This document shows, one piece after another, positions 31,263 through 43,215 of a DNA stretch of 64,000 bases. This stretch comes from Synechococcus sp. (lineage in GTDB: Bacteria > Cyanobacteriota > Cyanobacteriia > PCC-6307 > Cyanobiaceae), in the NCBI GenBank assembly GCA_047285535.1, contig JBJBDC010000001.1, positions 1,504,136 through 1,568,135 of the forward strand, read 5' to 3'. The number at the start of each line of letters is the position of its first letter. Positions within the stretch are counted from its first letter, which is position 1. Both the position numbers and the translations under genes were made by a program. The notes under the pieces are model-generated. The model was given only the letters and a program-made list of their open reading frames with translations, did not search any database and was not told where the DNA came from.

Positions 31263-31384
31263 GGTAAGACTCTCTTAATCCCGGCATCACCGGTACAACC
31301 ATTTCCTCACTCGAGCTGGCACTTTCCGATCTTGCCCGCAGTAGCGAGCAACTTCTCAACCATGCTCTACAACAGCCAGGTCCT

Positions 31385-32020
31385 GTGACCGTGGCTCTGG
31401 TCTTTGCCGGAGGAGCACTAACCAGCCTGGGGCCATGTTCCCTTTCTCTATTGCCAATCACAATCGCCTACCTAGCAGGCTTTGAGAACAAACAAAAGCC
31501 TTGGCAACGCAGTTTGTCTTTTTGTGCTGGGATCGTTGGCGCACTAGTCACTCTAGGCAGCCTGAGTGGCCTGCTTGGACGCATTTATGGTCAAGTCCCA
31601 GGATTAATTCCAACAATCGTTGGCGTTTTAGCGGTGGTTATGGGCCTCAATCTTCTCGGGATTGTTCGGTTGCCCCTTCCTGCTGGACCAGACCCGATGA
31701 ACTGGACGCGCAAGGTGCCCTCTCCTTTAGCCCCTGTTGCAGCAGGATTAGCTTTTGGGCTTGCAGCTTCTCCATGTACGACTCCAGTGCTAGCCGTTCT
31801 GCTCGGCTGGATTGCCAGTACAGGGCGTCCTCTTCTTGGGATGGTGATGCTGACAAGCTTCGGGATCGGTCAAGTGCTACCCCTTCTGCTTGCTGGTAAT
31901 TTGGCTGCATCTCTGCCGCGTTTGCTGGCGTTGCGGCCCATAGGCCGATGGATTCCACCCATCAGTGGTGTCGTACTGCTAATCACCGGTGCTCTCACAT
32001 TGCTGGCAAGACTGAGGTGA
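31385..32020 (+). CDS. ccdA: cytochrome c biogenesis protein CcdA
   Basis: [12 protein letters not shown] and ASPCTTPVL cysteines. The true start may be upstream (see findings). Confidence 0.93.
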   Translation: MTVALVFAGGALTSLGPCSLSLLPITIAYLAGFENKQKPWQRSLSFCAGIVGALVTLGSLSGLLGRIYGQVPGLIPTIVGVLAVVMGLNLLGIVRLPLPAGPDPMNWTRKVPSPLAPVAAGLAFGLAASPCTTPVLAVLLGWIASTGRPLLGMVMLTSFGIGQVLPLLLAGNLAASLPRLLALRPIGRWIPPISGVVLLITGALTLLARLR

Positions 32021-32024
32021 GCTG

Positions 32025-33332
32025 ATGCGTGCCCTTCACCGTTTCTTGGCACTGCTCTCGGATCTTCGTCTAGCAATCTTGCTGCTTCTGCTGATTGCCC
32101 TAGCCAGTGCCCTTGGGACCATTCTTCCTCAGAACGAAGCTCCAGATCTTTACTTAGGGCGTTTTAACGACGATCCATGGCTCGGCCTGATCAACGGAGA
32201 AATCCTCTTACAGCTTCAACTCGATCATATCTATTCCAGCCAGTGGTTTTTAAGCCTTCTGGCATGGCTGGGATTGGCTTTGATTTTGTGTAGCTGGCGT
32301 CGTCAATGGCCCGCGCTTCTCGCCTCCATGCGCTGGGTCGACTACCGCAAGCCCAGACAGCTCAGCAAATTGGCTCTGGCCGAATCGATTACTTGTTCAA
32401 ACGGTGAATCAGCCTTAGAAACGCTGAACTCACACCTAAAAAAGCAAGGCTGGCAGGTCCAGAAACATAAGGATCGTCTGGCGGCACGTCGCGGTGTCAT
32501 TGGCAAAGTTGGGCCCTTATTGGTTCATACGGGATTGGTCCTGCTTTTGATCGGGGCTGCTTGGGGAGCGCTTTCTGGCAACCGCTTAGAACGCTTCCTC
32601 GCGCCTGGTCGAGTTCTCGATCTGCTGGACCCCTCCGGCAACAACCGTCTCTCCCTCACTCTTGAGCGCTTCTCAATTGAGAGAGATCCATCAGGGCGCA
32701 CAGAGCAATTCCGGTCCACACTTCGGCTCGATCCATCAGATGGCCCCTCGGAAGAGCATGTGATCAGCGTGAATCATCCGCTCCGATACCGAGGTATGAC
32801 TGTCTATCAAGCAGATTGGTCACTGGCTGCGATCACCGTGCAGATCGGCAAAAGCCCTGAACTGCAATTACCCCTTCGCAGTTTTCCCGAACTTGGCGAA
32901 CAAATGTGGGGACTTGTGCTTCCAACACGTCCTGATGGAAGCGAACCGGTGCTGATGAGCATGAGCAGTGAACAAGGCCCGGTTCAAGTCTTCGATGATG
33001 AAGGATCACTCCTTGGCAACCTCAGACCTGGAGGAGCGTCAACCGAAATCAAAGGATTACCCCTAAAGGTGGCAGAGATCATGCCTGCCAGCGGCCTGCT
33101 TTTAAAGCGCGATCCTGGCGTCCCACTCGTTTATGCAGGATTCGCAATCACACTGCTCGGCGGAGGGCTCAGCTTGGTAGCAACCCGCAAACTATGGGCT
33201 GTGCTCGATCCACCACCCATTGAGCCATCAGGCAGAAAAATACACATTGGCGGGCTTTGCAATCGGAATCTCGCTGGCTTCGCTGCAGAATTGCCAATCC
33301 TGATCAGCAAGCTAGACGGGCCCCATGACTGA
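32025..33332 (+). CDS. ccsB: cytochrome c biogenesis protein Ccs1/CcsB (ResB)
   Basis: [31 protein letters not shown] and DPGVPLVY. Confidence 0.93.
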   Translation: MRALHRFLALLSDLRLAILLLLLIALASALGTILPQNEAPDLYLGRFNDDPWLGLINGEILLQLQLDHIYSSQWFLSLLAWLGLALILCSWRRQWPALLASMRWVDYRKPRQLSKLALAESITCSNGESALETLNSHLKKQGWQVQKHKDRLAARRGVIGKVGPLLVHTGLVLLLIGAAWGALSGNRLERFLAPGRVLDLLDPSGNNRLSLTLERFSIERDPSGRTEQFRSTLRLDPSDGPSEEHVISVNHPLRYRGMTVYQADWSLAAITVQIGKSPELQLPLRSFPELGEQMWGLVLPTRPDGSEPVLMSMSSEQGPVQVFDDEGSLLGNLRPGGASTEIKGLPLKVAEIMPASGLLLKRDPGVPLVYAGFAITLLGGGLSLVATRKLWAVLDPPPIEPSGRKIHIGGLCNRNLAGFAAELPILISKLDGPHD

Positions 33333-33714
33333 CTCTCACAACGGTGTGAACGTTGCCACGAGGGTTGAAATCAGCTTCTAGCTGCATCCAAACCGGATCG
33401 CAGGCCATCACCAAATCATCAAGAATCTTGTTCGCCACCTCTTCATGAGAAATGGAACAGTCACGAAAGTGATTGATGTACAACTTGATGGCTTTCAACT
33501 CGACCACTCGGGGACCCGGCTGATAGATCAAGCGCAAGACAGCAAAGTCGGGGTAACCCGAAAAAGGGCAAAGACAGGTGAATTCCGGCAATTCAATTGA
33601 AATCTCATAGGGGCGTCCCACCCTTGGATTGTCGAAACAAATCAACTCTGCGTCTGCAATAGCTCTTTCGCCATACAAAGGAGTTTTGGTGATCTCAGTG
33701 CCGGAGTTGCTCAT
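33304..33714 (-). CDS. queF: NADPH-dependent preQ0 reductase
   Basis: [29 protein letters not shown] and PRGN. Confidence 0.96.
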   Translation of the reverse strand: MSNSGTEITKTPLYGERAIADAELICFDNPRVGRPYEISIELPEFTCLCPFSGYPDFAVLRLIYQPGPRVVELKAIKLYINHFRDCSISHEEVANKILDDLVMACDPVWMQLEADFNPRGNVHTVVRVSHGARLAC

Positions 33715-33798
33715 GAGGCAAATACAGGGAAAACCAGCAGCTGAGACTAGAGCCGGCCTTCAACCAATGCTGATCGACTCTCCACGATGATTGATTTG

Positions 33799-33812
33799 GT
33801 ATCAAGACTTAC
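33799..33812 (+). promoter_or_regulatory. putative NtcA binding site
   Basis: GTA-TCAAGACT-TAC (GTA-N8-TAC) with a -10-like CCTAAT 22 nt downstream; lies upstream of the ORF-glnB pair. Confidence 0.65.
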
Positions 33813-33866
33813 AAACGGTGACTGGAAATCAAGGCCTAATGGAAGGAAGTCAACAATCGCTTTAAT

Positions 33867-34094
33867 ATGGATCTCAGACTGATGATCGAAGGTCATTCCT
33901 TGCGACTGCAGCCTGAGAGTGTTCATGGAATGCTGTGGCTCCAAACTCATTTCGAGCAATCCCATTGGGACCTTCTCTCTCAGGGACTCGTCACAGTGAG
34001 TCAACCCAATGCTGAAGAACTCATTGCAGATGCAACGACAGCTGGATTGAACCTTTCTCCTCTCTCAGCCCTGTCATCTCAGGACAATTCCTGA
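33867..34094 (+). CDS. conserved hypothetical protein upstream of glnB
   Basis: 75 aa; LQPESVHGMLWLQTHFE..HW recalled as a conserved picocyanobacterial small protein. Confidence 0.75.
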   Translation: MDLRLMIEGHSLRLQPESVHGMLWLQTHFEQSHWDLLSQGLVTVSQPNAEELIADATTAGLNLSPLSALSSQDNS

Positions 34095-35273
<1,179 letters not shown>

Positions 35274-35464
35274 TTCGACATGAAAACAGAGTGAAAACGA
35301 AACAAATACTGGAGTTCTGCACAGATTTCCACAGAGTTCCTTGAAGATCTTGGCAAGCCGCACGCAAGTACGTGTCAGCCAACAAGCCTTTAAATATCAA
35401 AAGCAGACGCCGCCCACATCTACGGGCAAAGGTTTGTCTGACACCTCATCAGCCATCAGGGTGC

Positions 35465-35635
35465 GTGCTGGAGCTCCTAGCACCAGGATCCTTTGTGATG
35501 CTTGACAACCACCCAAACGATCTACCCCCTTTTCAAGTCATAGAATGCCGTGGTGGCCTGTGCTGGGTTCGTCAGCAATCCTGGGGACAGAACGTTCAGT
35601 GGGAAGTTGAGCATCGACGACTCACCTCTGCTTAA
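35465..35635 (+). CDS. small conserved hypothetical protein
   Basis: LLAPGSFV...DLPPFQVIECRGG.CWVRQQ.WG. GTG 35465 preferred; the ORF extends to 35372. Confidence 0.7.
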   Translation: MLELLAPGSFVMLDNHPNDLPPFQVIECRGGLCWVRQQSWGQNVQWEVEHRRLTSA

Positions 35636-35701
35636 GAGAAATTCCGCGAGACCAACCCGTCAGCGCCATACATTGGGTGAGTTGTTGCCACGCGCTGGCC
35701 C

Positions 35702-36997
35702 TTGATCGAGAGATACACCCTGCCCGAAATGGGCGAGATCTGGACAGACCAGGCCAAATACCAAAGTTGGCTGGATGTTGAGATTGCAGCCTGCGAAGCC
35801 AATTGCAGTCTTGGCCGTGTCCCTAAGGACGCGATGGACACGATTCGAGAGCAGGCGAAGTTTGAGCCAGCAAGGATCTTAGAAATCGAGGCCGACGTCC
35901 GCCATGACGTGATTGCTTTCCTCACCAATGTGAATGAACACGTTGGTGATGCAGGTCGATACATCCATGTAGGAATGACCAGTAGTGACGTACTCGATAC
36001 AGGCCTCGCGCTTCAGCTGAAAGCATCCGTTGCGCTACTGCGCCAAGAGTTGACGGCCTTGGATGCAGCGATCGCCAAGTTGGCCACAGAACACAAGGCC
36101 ACCGTCATGATTGGTCGGTCTCACGCCATTCATGGCGAGCCGATCACCTTTGGGTTCAAGTTGGCGGGCTGGTTAGCTGAAACACGCCGCAATGCTGAGC
36201 GACTGGCTCGACTCGAACGTGATGTCGCGGTAGGCCAGGTCAGCGGAGCGATGGGCACCTACGCCAATACAGATCCTGAGGTGGAAAGACTGACTTGCGA
36301 ATTACTGGGTCTCACTGCAGACACTGCGAGCACCCAAGTCATCTCCCGCGATCGCCATGCCGACTACGTGCAAATCTTGGCGCTCATTGGGGCCTCACTC
36401 GATCGCTTCGCCACAGAGATTCGCAACTTGCAGCGCACAGATGTGCTTGAAGTCGAAGAAAGCTTCGCGAAGGGACAAAAAGGCAGCTCGGCCATGCCCC
36501 ATAAACGCAATCCCATTCGCAGCGAACGAATCAGCGGTTTGGCAAGAGTGCTCCGCAGTTACGTCGTCGCCGCACTGGAGAACGTCGCTCTCTGGCACGA
36601 ACGTGACATCAGCCACAGCTCGACAGAGCGGATGATGCTGCCGGACTGCTCTGCAACCCTGCACTTCATGCTCCGGGAGATGACTGCCGTGATCTCAGGC
36701 CTCGGGGTCTACCCCGACAACATGGTTCGCAATATGAATGTGTATGGAGGCGTAGTGTTCAGCCAACGGGTCCTCCTAGCACTCGTGGAGAGAGGCATGA
36801 GCCGCGAAGATGCTTACCAGGTTGTTCAGCGCAACGCTCACAGTGCTTGGAACACGAATGGTGGTGACTTCCGTTCCAACCTTCAAAACGATTCAGAGGT
36901 GACCGGCAAGCTCACTGAAGACCAACTTGCTGAATGTTTCAGCACCGACCTGCACCAAGCAAATCTGGGTGTGGTCTGGGATCGACTGGGCCTTTGA
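35702..36997 (+). CDS. purB: adenylosuccinate lyase
   Basis: MIERYTLPEM, RHDVIAF and GSSAMPHKRNP. Confidence 0.98.
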   Translation: MIERYTLPEMGEIWTDQAKYQSWLDVEIAACEANCSLGRVPKDAMDTIREQAKFEPARILEIEADVRHDVIAFLTNVNEHVGDAGRYIHVGMTSSDVLDTGLALQLKASVALLRQELTALDAAIAKLATEHKATVMIGRSHAIHGEPITFGFKLAGWLAETRRNAERLARLERDVAVGQVSGAMGTYANTDPEVERLTCELLGLTADTASTQVISRDRHADYVQILALIGASLDRFATEIRNLQRTDVLEVEESFAKGQKGSSAMPHKRNPIRSERISGLARVLRSYVVAALENVALWHERDISHSSTERMMLPDCSATLHFMLREMTAVISGLGVYPDNMVRNMNVYGGVVFSQRVLLALVERGMSREDAYQVVQRNAHSAWNTNGGDFRSNLQNDSEVTGKLTEDQLAECFSTDLHQANLGVVWDRLGL

Positions 36998-37001
36998 GTC
37001 G

Positions 37002-37103
37002 ATGTTTTGGACTCCCTATGCCGACTGGATTTACGTGGTGATGAGCGTTAGCGGGATGATCCTCATCATCGCGCTAGTGCTGCGCCCTGACGCAAAGTCA
37101 TGA
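37002..37103 (+). CDS. 33-aa single-TM microprotein
   Basis: [33 protein letters not shown]. Fills the purB-fumC gap exactly and has an ATGA overlap with fumC. Confidence 0.65.
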   Translation: MFWTPYADWIYVVMSVSGMILIIALVLRPDAKS

Positions 37104-38491
37104 CCAAAACAACCAGGACTGAATACGACAGCATGGGGCCGGTGAACGTGCCGGCTGATGCCCTTTGGGGTGCACAAACTCAACGTTCTCTAGAGAACTT
37201 CGCGATCAGTGATGACCGAATTCCTCTTGAGCTGATCCACGCTCTGGCACAGATCAAGCAAGCAGCTGCAATTGTTAACGCCCGACTGGGAGTGCTGGAT
37301 GACAGCCGACGCGACCTGATCGTGACAGCGGCGGCTGCGATTGCGGAGGGTCTCCACGATGATCAGTTCCCTCTGCGAGTCTGGCAAACCGGAAGCGGCA
37401 CCCAGACAAACATGAACGTGAATGAGGTGATCAGCAACCTGGTGTCGCATCGAGAAGGGAAGCCATTAGGCAGTCATGAACCTGTGCACCCGAACGATCA
37501 CGTCAACCGCTCCCAGTCGACCAATGACGCCTTCCCGGCAGCCATTCACATCGCCACCGCCGCTGGCATCAAGCATCGACTCTTGCCAGAGGTGCAACAC
37601 CTAACCGAAGCCTTTGCAGAGAAGAGTGAAGCTTGGCAGGAAATCGTAAAAATCGGCCGCACCCATCTGCAGGACGCGGTACCTCTCACCCTTGGCCAAG
37701 AGGCGTCTGCCTGGTGCGATCAACTCGCCAGTGCCAGGATCAGAATCGAAACATCGTTACAGGAACTGCACCCGCTGCCTCTTGGCGGCACTGCAGTGGG
37801 TACAGGCTTAAATGCTCCCAAAGGATTCGCCGAAGAAGCTGCGGCTGAGCTGGTCCGCCTCACTGGTTTGCCCTTGTGCTCAGCCCCCAACAAATTCGCT
37901 GTGATGGCGAGCCACGACGGGCTCGTCAATGCCATGGGCCAAATGCGATTGCTCGCAGTGAGCCTGCTCAAGATTGCGAACGATATCCGCCTGCTCGCAT
38001 GCGGCCCCCGCGCCGGCCTGGCAGAACTTCATTTGCCAGAAAACGAACCCGGCAGCTCGATCATGCCTGGGAAGGTGAATCCAACACAGTGTGAAGCCAT
38101 GGCCATGGTGTGCACCCAGGTAATTGGGCTCGATACGGTCGTTGCGATGGCCGGAGCCGGGGGCCATCTGCAGATGAATGTCTACAAACCACTCATCGGT
38201 TTCAACCTGCTTCAGGCGATCAGGCTGCTTACCGATGCCTGCCACTACTTCCGGGTCGCCATGGTGGAAGGCATCGAGCCCAACCGCAGTCGCATCCAAC
38301 GCGATGTCGAGCAGTCGCTGATGCTGGTCACTCCTTTAGCGCCGGTGATCGGTTACGACAAGGCCAGCGCCATTGCCAAGTACGCCCATGAACAGGGCTC
38401 CAGCCTGAGGGATGCTGCGCTGGACCTGGGTTATGTCAGTGCGATGGAATTCGATCGGGTCGTCAATGCTGCGGACATGACGAATTGCTGA
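37100..38491 (+). CDS. fumC: class II fumarate hydratase
   Basis: [19 protein letters not shown] and [11 protein letters not shown]. Confidence 0.98.
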   Translation: MTKTTRTEYDSMGPVNVPADALWGAQTQRSLENFAISDDRIPLELIHALAQIKQAAAIVNARLGVLDDSRRDLIVTAAAAIAEGLHDDQFPLRVWQTGSGTQTNMNVNEVISNLVSHREGKPLGSHEPVHPNDHVNRSQSTNDAFPAAIHIATAAGIKHRLLPEVQHLTEAFAEKSEAWQEIVKIGRTHLQDAVPLTLGQEASAWCDQLASARIRIETSLQELHPLPLGGTAVGTGLNAPKGFAEEAAAELVRLTGLPLCSAPNKFAVMASHDGLVNAMGQMRLLAVSLLKIANDIRLLACGPRAGLAELHLPENEPGSSIMPGKVNPTQCEAMAMVCTQVIGLDTVVAMAGAGGHLQMNVYKPLIGFNLLQAIRLLTDACHYFRVAMVEGIEPNRSRIQRDVEQSLMLVTPLAPVIGYDKASAIAKYAHEQGSSLRDAALDLGYVSAMEFDRVVNAADMTNC

Positions 38492-38539
38492 TGGGATCGA
38501 GTCACAACTGAAGTCTTGAAACTCGAGTTCTGAGAAGAT

Positions 38540-41275
38540 TTATGCTGCACGCTCAGTCGCCACATTTAAGCCTCCGGCTTCAGCCGCCGCGGCCGTGATC
38601 AACTGATCAGCTTCTGCAACTGGGAAACGATTAATCGCCTTCAACGCCTGATGGGCGTTCTTGCGCAGCTGCTCACTGATCGCTTCGCAGTAAGGAACTT
38701 GCGCCAATAAATCCACCGTGCGCCGCATGATCCTCACGACGTCTCCCTCATCCAACGAGGTGTTAGCAATCAGATCATGCCAAGTCGTTCCCTTCGCCCA
38801 AGCTTCCACTAATCCCATCAACTCAGGCTCCCACCAAGCTGGCACCACCACCTTGTATCGCTCCTGCGCCCTTAGAAGCTCTCGACGGATTCCCGACAAA
38901 TCCTGCAAGGCCTCTTCTGCAAGAGGAGGAGCAGGGAATCCACTCCAAAGATCTGGTCGATTCACCTCGGTGCTGATGGCTTCGAACACTGAGGCCAGTT
39001 CTGACGGTGGCAACTCATCAAGGTGACCGCTCATTAATGCGAGTCCAAGCCAGAGCTCGTTGTCGCCACGCAGCGCGGCAACGGTACGACCGATCTCCGT
39101 CGGTTCCAAATCGTCAAGGCAGCCGAAATGCCGAAGAATTTCAATCAGGGCCAGAAAAGTCTCCCAGTGCCGGTTGGAACGGTGATGGAGCAATTGCTGG
39201 CGTTCACGGATTTCAAGCTCAAGATCCTCCATACGTCGCCGGTGCTTCTTGAGCTGCTTACGATCTCCCCAACGATGAGCCGGATGACACGCCAGCTGAT
39301 CCTCCAAGTCATGAACTAGCCGAACTTGAGACAGTACCTCGCCAGCCAGGTCGTACTGAGGAGTCGTCATGTCATGGCGTCGAGCCATATGCGCAACTGC
39401 CAAGGCCAGAGCTCCGCTTTCCTGATCACCATGACGGAGTTCGCCGGCACGGCTCAGGTCGGGCGCATTCACTCCACCCACTTGCAAACAACTTAATTCC
39501 GCATGCAAGCTCACCACCCCCTGACAGGACAGAAGGATCCAAACGTTGTCCTGCGTTAAACAAAGCAAGAGTGGGAACTGCCCTGGGCCATCGCATTTCT
39601 CAACGATCACTGCCGGTGTTACCCCACCGCGCAAGCGAGGTGATTTAAGGCTCACCATCGTCCCTTCGCTGGCAAACTGAAGGGCAATGGTCAGTTCGTG
39701 CGCGAGGGTTTCTTCAGCCTGCTTCTGAAGGATCCTGAGCAAGCGCCTCTCCTCCCGCAGACGGCCGCGCTGTTTTTCGTATTCCTCAAAGTCTTCCCAA
39801 GGCACATCTCCAGCGGTGCCTTCAAGTTGGGTCAGCTGCAAGCGCAACTCACCCAACTGTTCTTCTTCGTCCACCAAATCCAAACTTGCGAGGTAACGGC
39901 CAAAGCTGCGCTCCACGAGCTCTCTTGATTTAGCCAGGTCATGACGCTGCAACAGATTGAGCACCATCCCATAGCTAGGGGTGAACTGACTCACAAGCGG
40001 ATCAGAAGCACTAGTAGCCAACTGGGCCGCCTCACGCACCCCCTCAAATCGACTCTGCACTGTCACCACATAACCCTTCGTGTCCAAGCCTCGGCGGCCC
40101 GCACGACCAGCCATTTGCAGAAACTCACTGGCCATCAACGGACGATGACCACGTTCAGTTCGCTTCGAGAGAGATGCGATCACAGTGCTCCGCGCCGGCA
40201 TGTTGATTCCCGCCGCCAGCGTTTCAGTGGCGAACACCACCTTCACCAAACCCTTCTGAAACAGCTCCTCAATAAGCTCTTTCCAAGCAGGGAGCACTCC
40301 GGCGTGATGGGAAGCGATCCCACGCAGCAAAGCATCGGCATGAAACCCATCCCGCACGGCCTCAGGATTCGCAATTGTGTAGTCCTGAAGCCGCTGTCGA
40401 ATCGTGACTTGCTCCTCTTCCGTCACTAAACACTGAACCCCAAGGTCGCGAACGGCTTTATCACATCCACGGCGACTAAAAATGAAATAGATGGCAGGGA
40501 GCATTTCCCGTTCAGCCATTTGCGCCACAACAAAGCTGATGGGAGGAGCTTCCGGTTGAGGGGGCCTGGGAGAACGGCCTTTGCGTTTATGCCCTTTTGG
40601 CGCTCGCCAAACCTTGCAGTTGGGATGGATGCCAGTCCCCTTTTCATTCAGAAGTTGATGAAGCCCCCTGGCACTACAGAAGCTGAATTGCAGGGGAACT
40701 GGACGAAAATCACTGATAACAAGTCGAGTGGGACCATGCACCTTCTCAATCCAATCAGTGAGTTGCTCCGCGTTAGCAACGGTGGCGGACAACGCCACCA
40801 GTTGCACTGAGGATGGGCAGTGAATAATCGATTCTTCCCAGACAGTGCCCCTCTGGGAATCATTCATGTAGTGACACTCATCGAGCACCACAGACTCCAC
40901 ATCAGCGAGAGGGTCGTCATGCTGATCCGCTTCTGCGTAAAGCATGTTGCGGAAGATCTCAGTAGTCATGACCACCACGCGGGCCTCACGATTCACACTG
41001 AGGTCACCCGTCATTAAGCCAACATTTTCGGTTCCAAACTGTGCACGAAAATCACGTAACTTCTGATTAGACAAGGCCTTCAGAGGTGTTGTGTAAAACA
41101 CCTTTTGGCCATGGGCAATCGCCCGGTGAATCGCATACTCCCCTACCAGAGTCTTGCCAGATCCAGTGGGCGCACTCACAACAACAGAATGCCCCTGGTT
41201 CAGCGCATCGATCGATTCCAACTGGAACCCATCCAAAGGGAATGGAAACAGCTGAGAAGCATCTGGTGTCACCAT
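38540..41275 (-). CDS. Ski2/HelY-like DEAD/DEAH-box RNA helicase
   Basis: APTGSGKT, DECH, LSAT, ATETLAAGINMPA, QMAGRAGRRG and C-terminal DSHCT (DEGDVVR). ATG 41275 preferred. Confidence 0.93.
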   Translation of the reverse strand: MVTPDASQLFPFPLDGFQLESIDALNQGHSVVVSAPTGSGKTLVGEYAIHRAIAHGQKVFYTTPLKALSNQKLRDFRAQFGTENVGLMTGDLSVNREARVVVMTTEIFRNMLYAEADQHDDPLADVESVVLDECHYMNDSQRGTVWEESIIHCPSSVQLVALSATVANAEQLTDWIEKVHGPTRLVISDFRPVPLQFSFCSARGLHQLLNEKGTGIHPNCKVWRAPKGHKRKGRSPRPPQPEAPPISFVVAQMAEREMLPAIYFIFSRRGCDKAVRDLGVQCLVTEEEQVTIRQRLQDYTIANPEAVRDGFHADALLRGIASHHAGVLPAWKELIEELFQKGLVKVVFATETLAAGINMPARSTVIASLSKRTERGHRPLMASEFLQMAGRAGRRGLDTKGYVVTVQSRFEGVREAAQLATSASDPLVSQFTPSYGMVLNLLQRHDLAKSRELVERSFGRYLASLDLVDEEEQLGELRLQLTQLEGTAGDVPWEDFEEYEKQRGRLREERRLLRILQKQAEETLAHELTIALQFASEGTMVSLKSPRLRGGVTPAVIVEKCDGPGQFPLLLCLTQDNVWILLSCQGVVSLHAELSCLQVGGVNAPDLSRAGELRHGDQESGALALAVAHMARRHDMTTPQYDLAGEVLSQVRLVHDLEDQLACHPAHRWGDRKQLKKHRRRMEDLELEIRERQQLLHHRSNRHWETFLALIEILRHFGCLDDLEPTEIGRTVAALRGDNELWLGLALMSGHLDELPPSELASVFEAISTEVNRPDLWSGFPAPPLAEEALQDLSGIRRELLRAQERYKVVVPAWWEPELMGLVEAWAKGTTWHDLIANTSLDEGDVVRIMRRTVDLLAQVPYCEAISEQLRKNAHQALKAINRFPVAEADQLITAAAAEAGGLNVATERAA

Positions 41276-41324
41276 GATTGGGATCCTAGGGATGGCGCGA
41301 GCAGGGAGCAGCAAACTAAGCAAC

Positions 41325-42482
41325 ATGAGCAGCCCATCCCAGGCCCGCCGCCGTCAGCTCCGCACTTGGAGTCCTAATCCAGATGGTTCAGGCTTCCTTC
41401 CTGTCAGATCGACCAAGGAGGAGATTGAGTCGCAGCGCCCCTTAGTGGATCTAGCCAGCAACGACTATCTCAACCTGGCTCAGCACCCAGAGCTCATCCA
41501 TGCAGCCAAAGAAGAAATGGAGCGCAGCGGCGTTGGAGCCGGAGGTTCCAGGCTGGTCAGCGGAAGCCGCCCAGTGCACGATCAACTTGAAGAACAATTG
41601 GCATGCTGGCTTGATAGGGATCGCGTTCTGCTCTACCCGAGCGGCTTTCAAGCGAATCTGGCTGCCGTCCTTGCTCTCGCGGACCGTCACACACCCGTAC
41701 TGGCTGACAGACTTTGCCATCACTCCTTGCTCACCGGGATTCAAGCCAGTGGTGCCCGCCTCAAACGCTTTTCCCACAACGACCTGATTGATCTAAAACG
41801 CAAGTTGGAGCGCTGCCATCAAGAGCACCCGAAAAAGCGCCCCCTAGTGATCACTGAAAGCCTATTCAGCATGGAAGGCACAAGCCCCGACCTCGGCGCG
41901 ATGGCAGAGATCTGCTATGACCACGGAGCCCGACTGCTGGTGGATGAGGCTCATGCGCTAGGGGTGCTCGGAGCAGAGGGGCGCGGACTCTGCCAAGCGT
42001 TACCCAAACACGCTGTGACCATGCTTAGCGGAACCTTTGGCAAGGCCTTTGGCAGCGGTGGAGCATTTCTGGCCTGTAATGCAGCCCTCGGGGAGACCTT
42101 GCTCCAATCCAGCGGTGCTTTTCGATATACCACTGCGTTGTCACCACCCCTTGCTGCAGCGGCTCTTGCAGCCTTGACGCTGATGCAACGCCATCCCCAT
42201 TGGTCTGTAGAGCTGATCTCAAGGAGCCATCAGTGGCGATCCGCTTTTGCATCAGCAGGATGGCCATGTCCAGGCGGCACAGGACCGATTCTGCCCCTCA
42301 TAATCGGTCCTGACCAAAGAGCTCTCGACTGCCAACAGAAGTTAGAAACTGCAGGTTTACTAAGCATTGCCATCCGCCCCCCTACCGTTCCCGAAGGAAC
42401 AGCCAGGCTGCGCTTGGTGATCCGTCGGCAACTGCCCGATGGAACATTGGAGAAAGTACTGAAAGCCCTCCCCTTGAGCTGA
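41325..42482 (+). CDS. bioF: 8-amino-7-oxononanoate synthase
   Basis: ASNDYL, GSRLVSG, VDEAHALG, GTFGKAFG and IRPPTVP. Confidence 0.95.
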   Translation: MSSPSQARRRQLRTWSPNPDGSGFLPVRSTKEEIESQRPLVDLASNDYLNLAQHPELIHAAKEEMERSGVGAGGSRLVSGSRPVHDQLEEQLACWLDRDRVLLYPSGFQANLAAVLALADRHTPVLADRLCHHSLLTGIQASGARLKRFSHNDLIDLKRKLERCHQEHPKKRPLVITESLFSMEGTSPDLGAMAEICYDHGARLLVDEAHALGVLGAEGRGLCQALPKHAVTMLSGTFGKAFGSGGAFLACNAALGETLLQSSGAFRYTTALSPPLAAAALAALTLMQRHPHWSVELISRSHQWRSAFASAGWPCPGGTGPILPLIIGPDQRALDCQQKLETAGLLSIAIRPPTVPEGTARLRLVIRRQLPDGTLEKVLKALPLS

Positions 42483-42489
42483 TGTGCGC

Positions 42490-43215
42490 ATGAAACAGGT
42501 CATCGCGATGCACGGTTGGAGCGGAGATAGCCATGCATGGAGGCCCTGGATTCGCCATTTCAAGCAACACAACTGGTTTTGGCAAAGCGGTGAGCGCGGT
42601 TACGGCAGTCTCCAGGTCCAAATGCCGTTCTGGAAGGACGATCATGATCCAATTGAGGAACAACGCCGAGTGGTGATTGCCCACTCACTTGGACCGCATT
42701 TGCTTCCGGATGAGGTGCTCGCCCTAGCCACAGATGTGGTGTTTTTGGCGAGTTTCGCGAGATTTGTGCCAAACGGAGCCAAAGGCCGAGCCCTTGCCAC
42801 GGGCCTTAAGGGCATGCGCCGCTGCATAGGTAGCAGCGAAGAATCCAAGATGCTGAACAGTTTTTGGGCACGGGCAACCGCGCCAGCCTTCCCAAAGGGA
42901 TTACCGCGCGGACCGATCGATGAAGGACTATCAACCAAGGGCCGCCAACGCTTGATCGACGATTTGGATCGTCTCATTGCAAGCTCAGAGCTCCCTCCGG
43001 GGCTGCGAGAAACAACACGCGTACTGATTGTTGAAGCTGGACAAGACGCCATCGTGGTGCCCGCCGCTAGACGAGAACTGCTCGAGGCCTTGCAGAGCCG
43101 ACTGCAGAAGCAAGCAGAGCAATGGATACTGAAGGAAAGCGGTCATGCACTATTGATTCCTGATCTGCTGATGCGTGTCCAGCGATGGCTTGATCAGGAT
43201 TGTCCAGCGTCATGA
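42490..43215 (+). CDS. alpha/beta hydrolase, pimeloyl-ACP methyl ester esterase (BioH/BioK type)
   Basis: MHGW, AHSLG nucleophile elbow, D..V and GH; lies between bioF and bioC. Confidence 0.8.
   Translation: MKQVIAMHGWSGDSHAWRPWIRHFKQHNWFWQSGERGYGSLQVQMPFWKDDHDPIEEQRRVVIAHSLGPHLLPDEVLALATDVVFLASFARFVPNGAKGRALATGLKGMRRCIGSSEESKMLNSFWARATAPAFPKGLPRGPIDEGLSTKGRQRLIDDLDRLIASSELPPGLRETTRVLIVEAGQDAIVVPAARRELLEALQSRLQKQAEQWILKESGHALLIPDLLMRVQRWLDQDCPAS

Noticed and set aside
33715..33790. preQ1 riboswitch upstream of queF
   Set aside because: No recognisable preQ1 stem-loop with an A-rich tail.
35314..35334. DnaA-box-like TTCTGCACA / ATTTCCACA pair suggesting oriC
   Set aside because: Only two imperfect boxes, with no dnaA/dnaN context and no AT-rich unwinding element.
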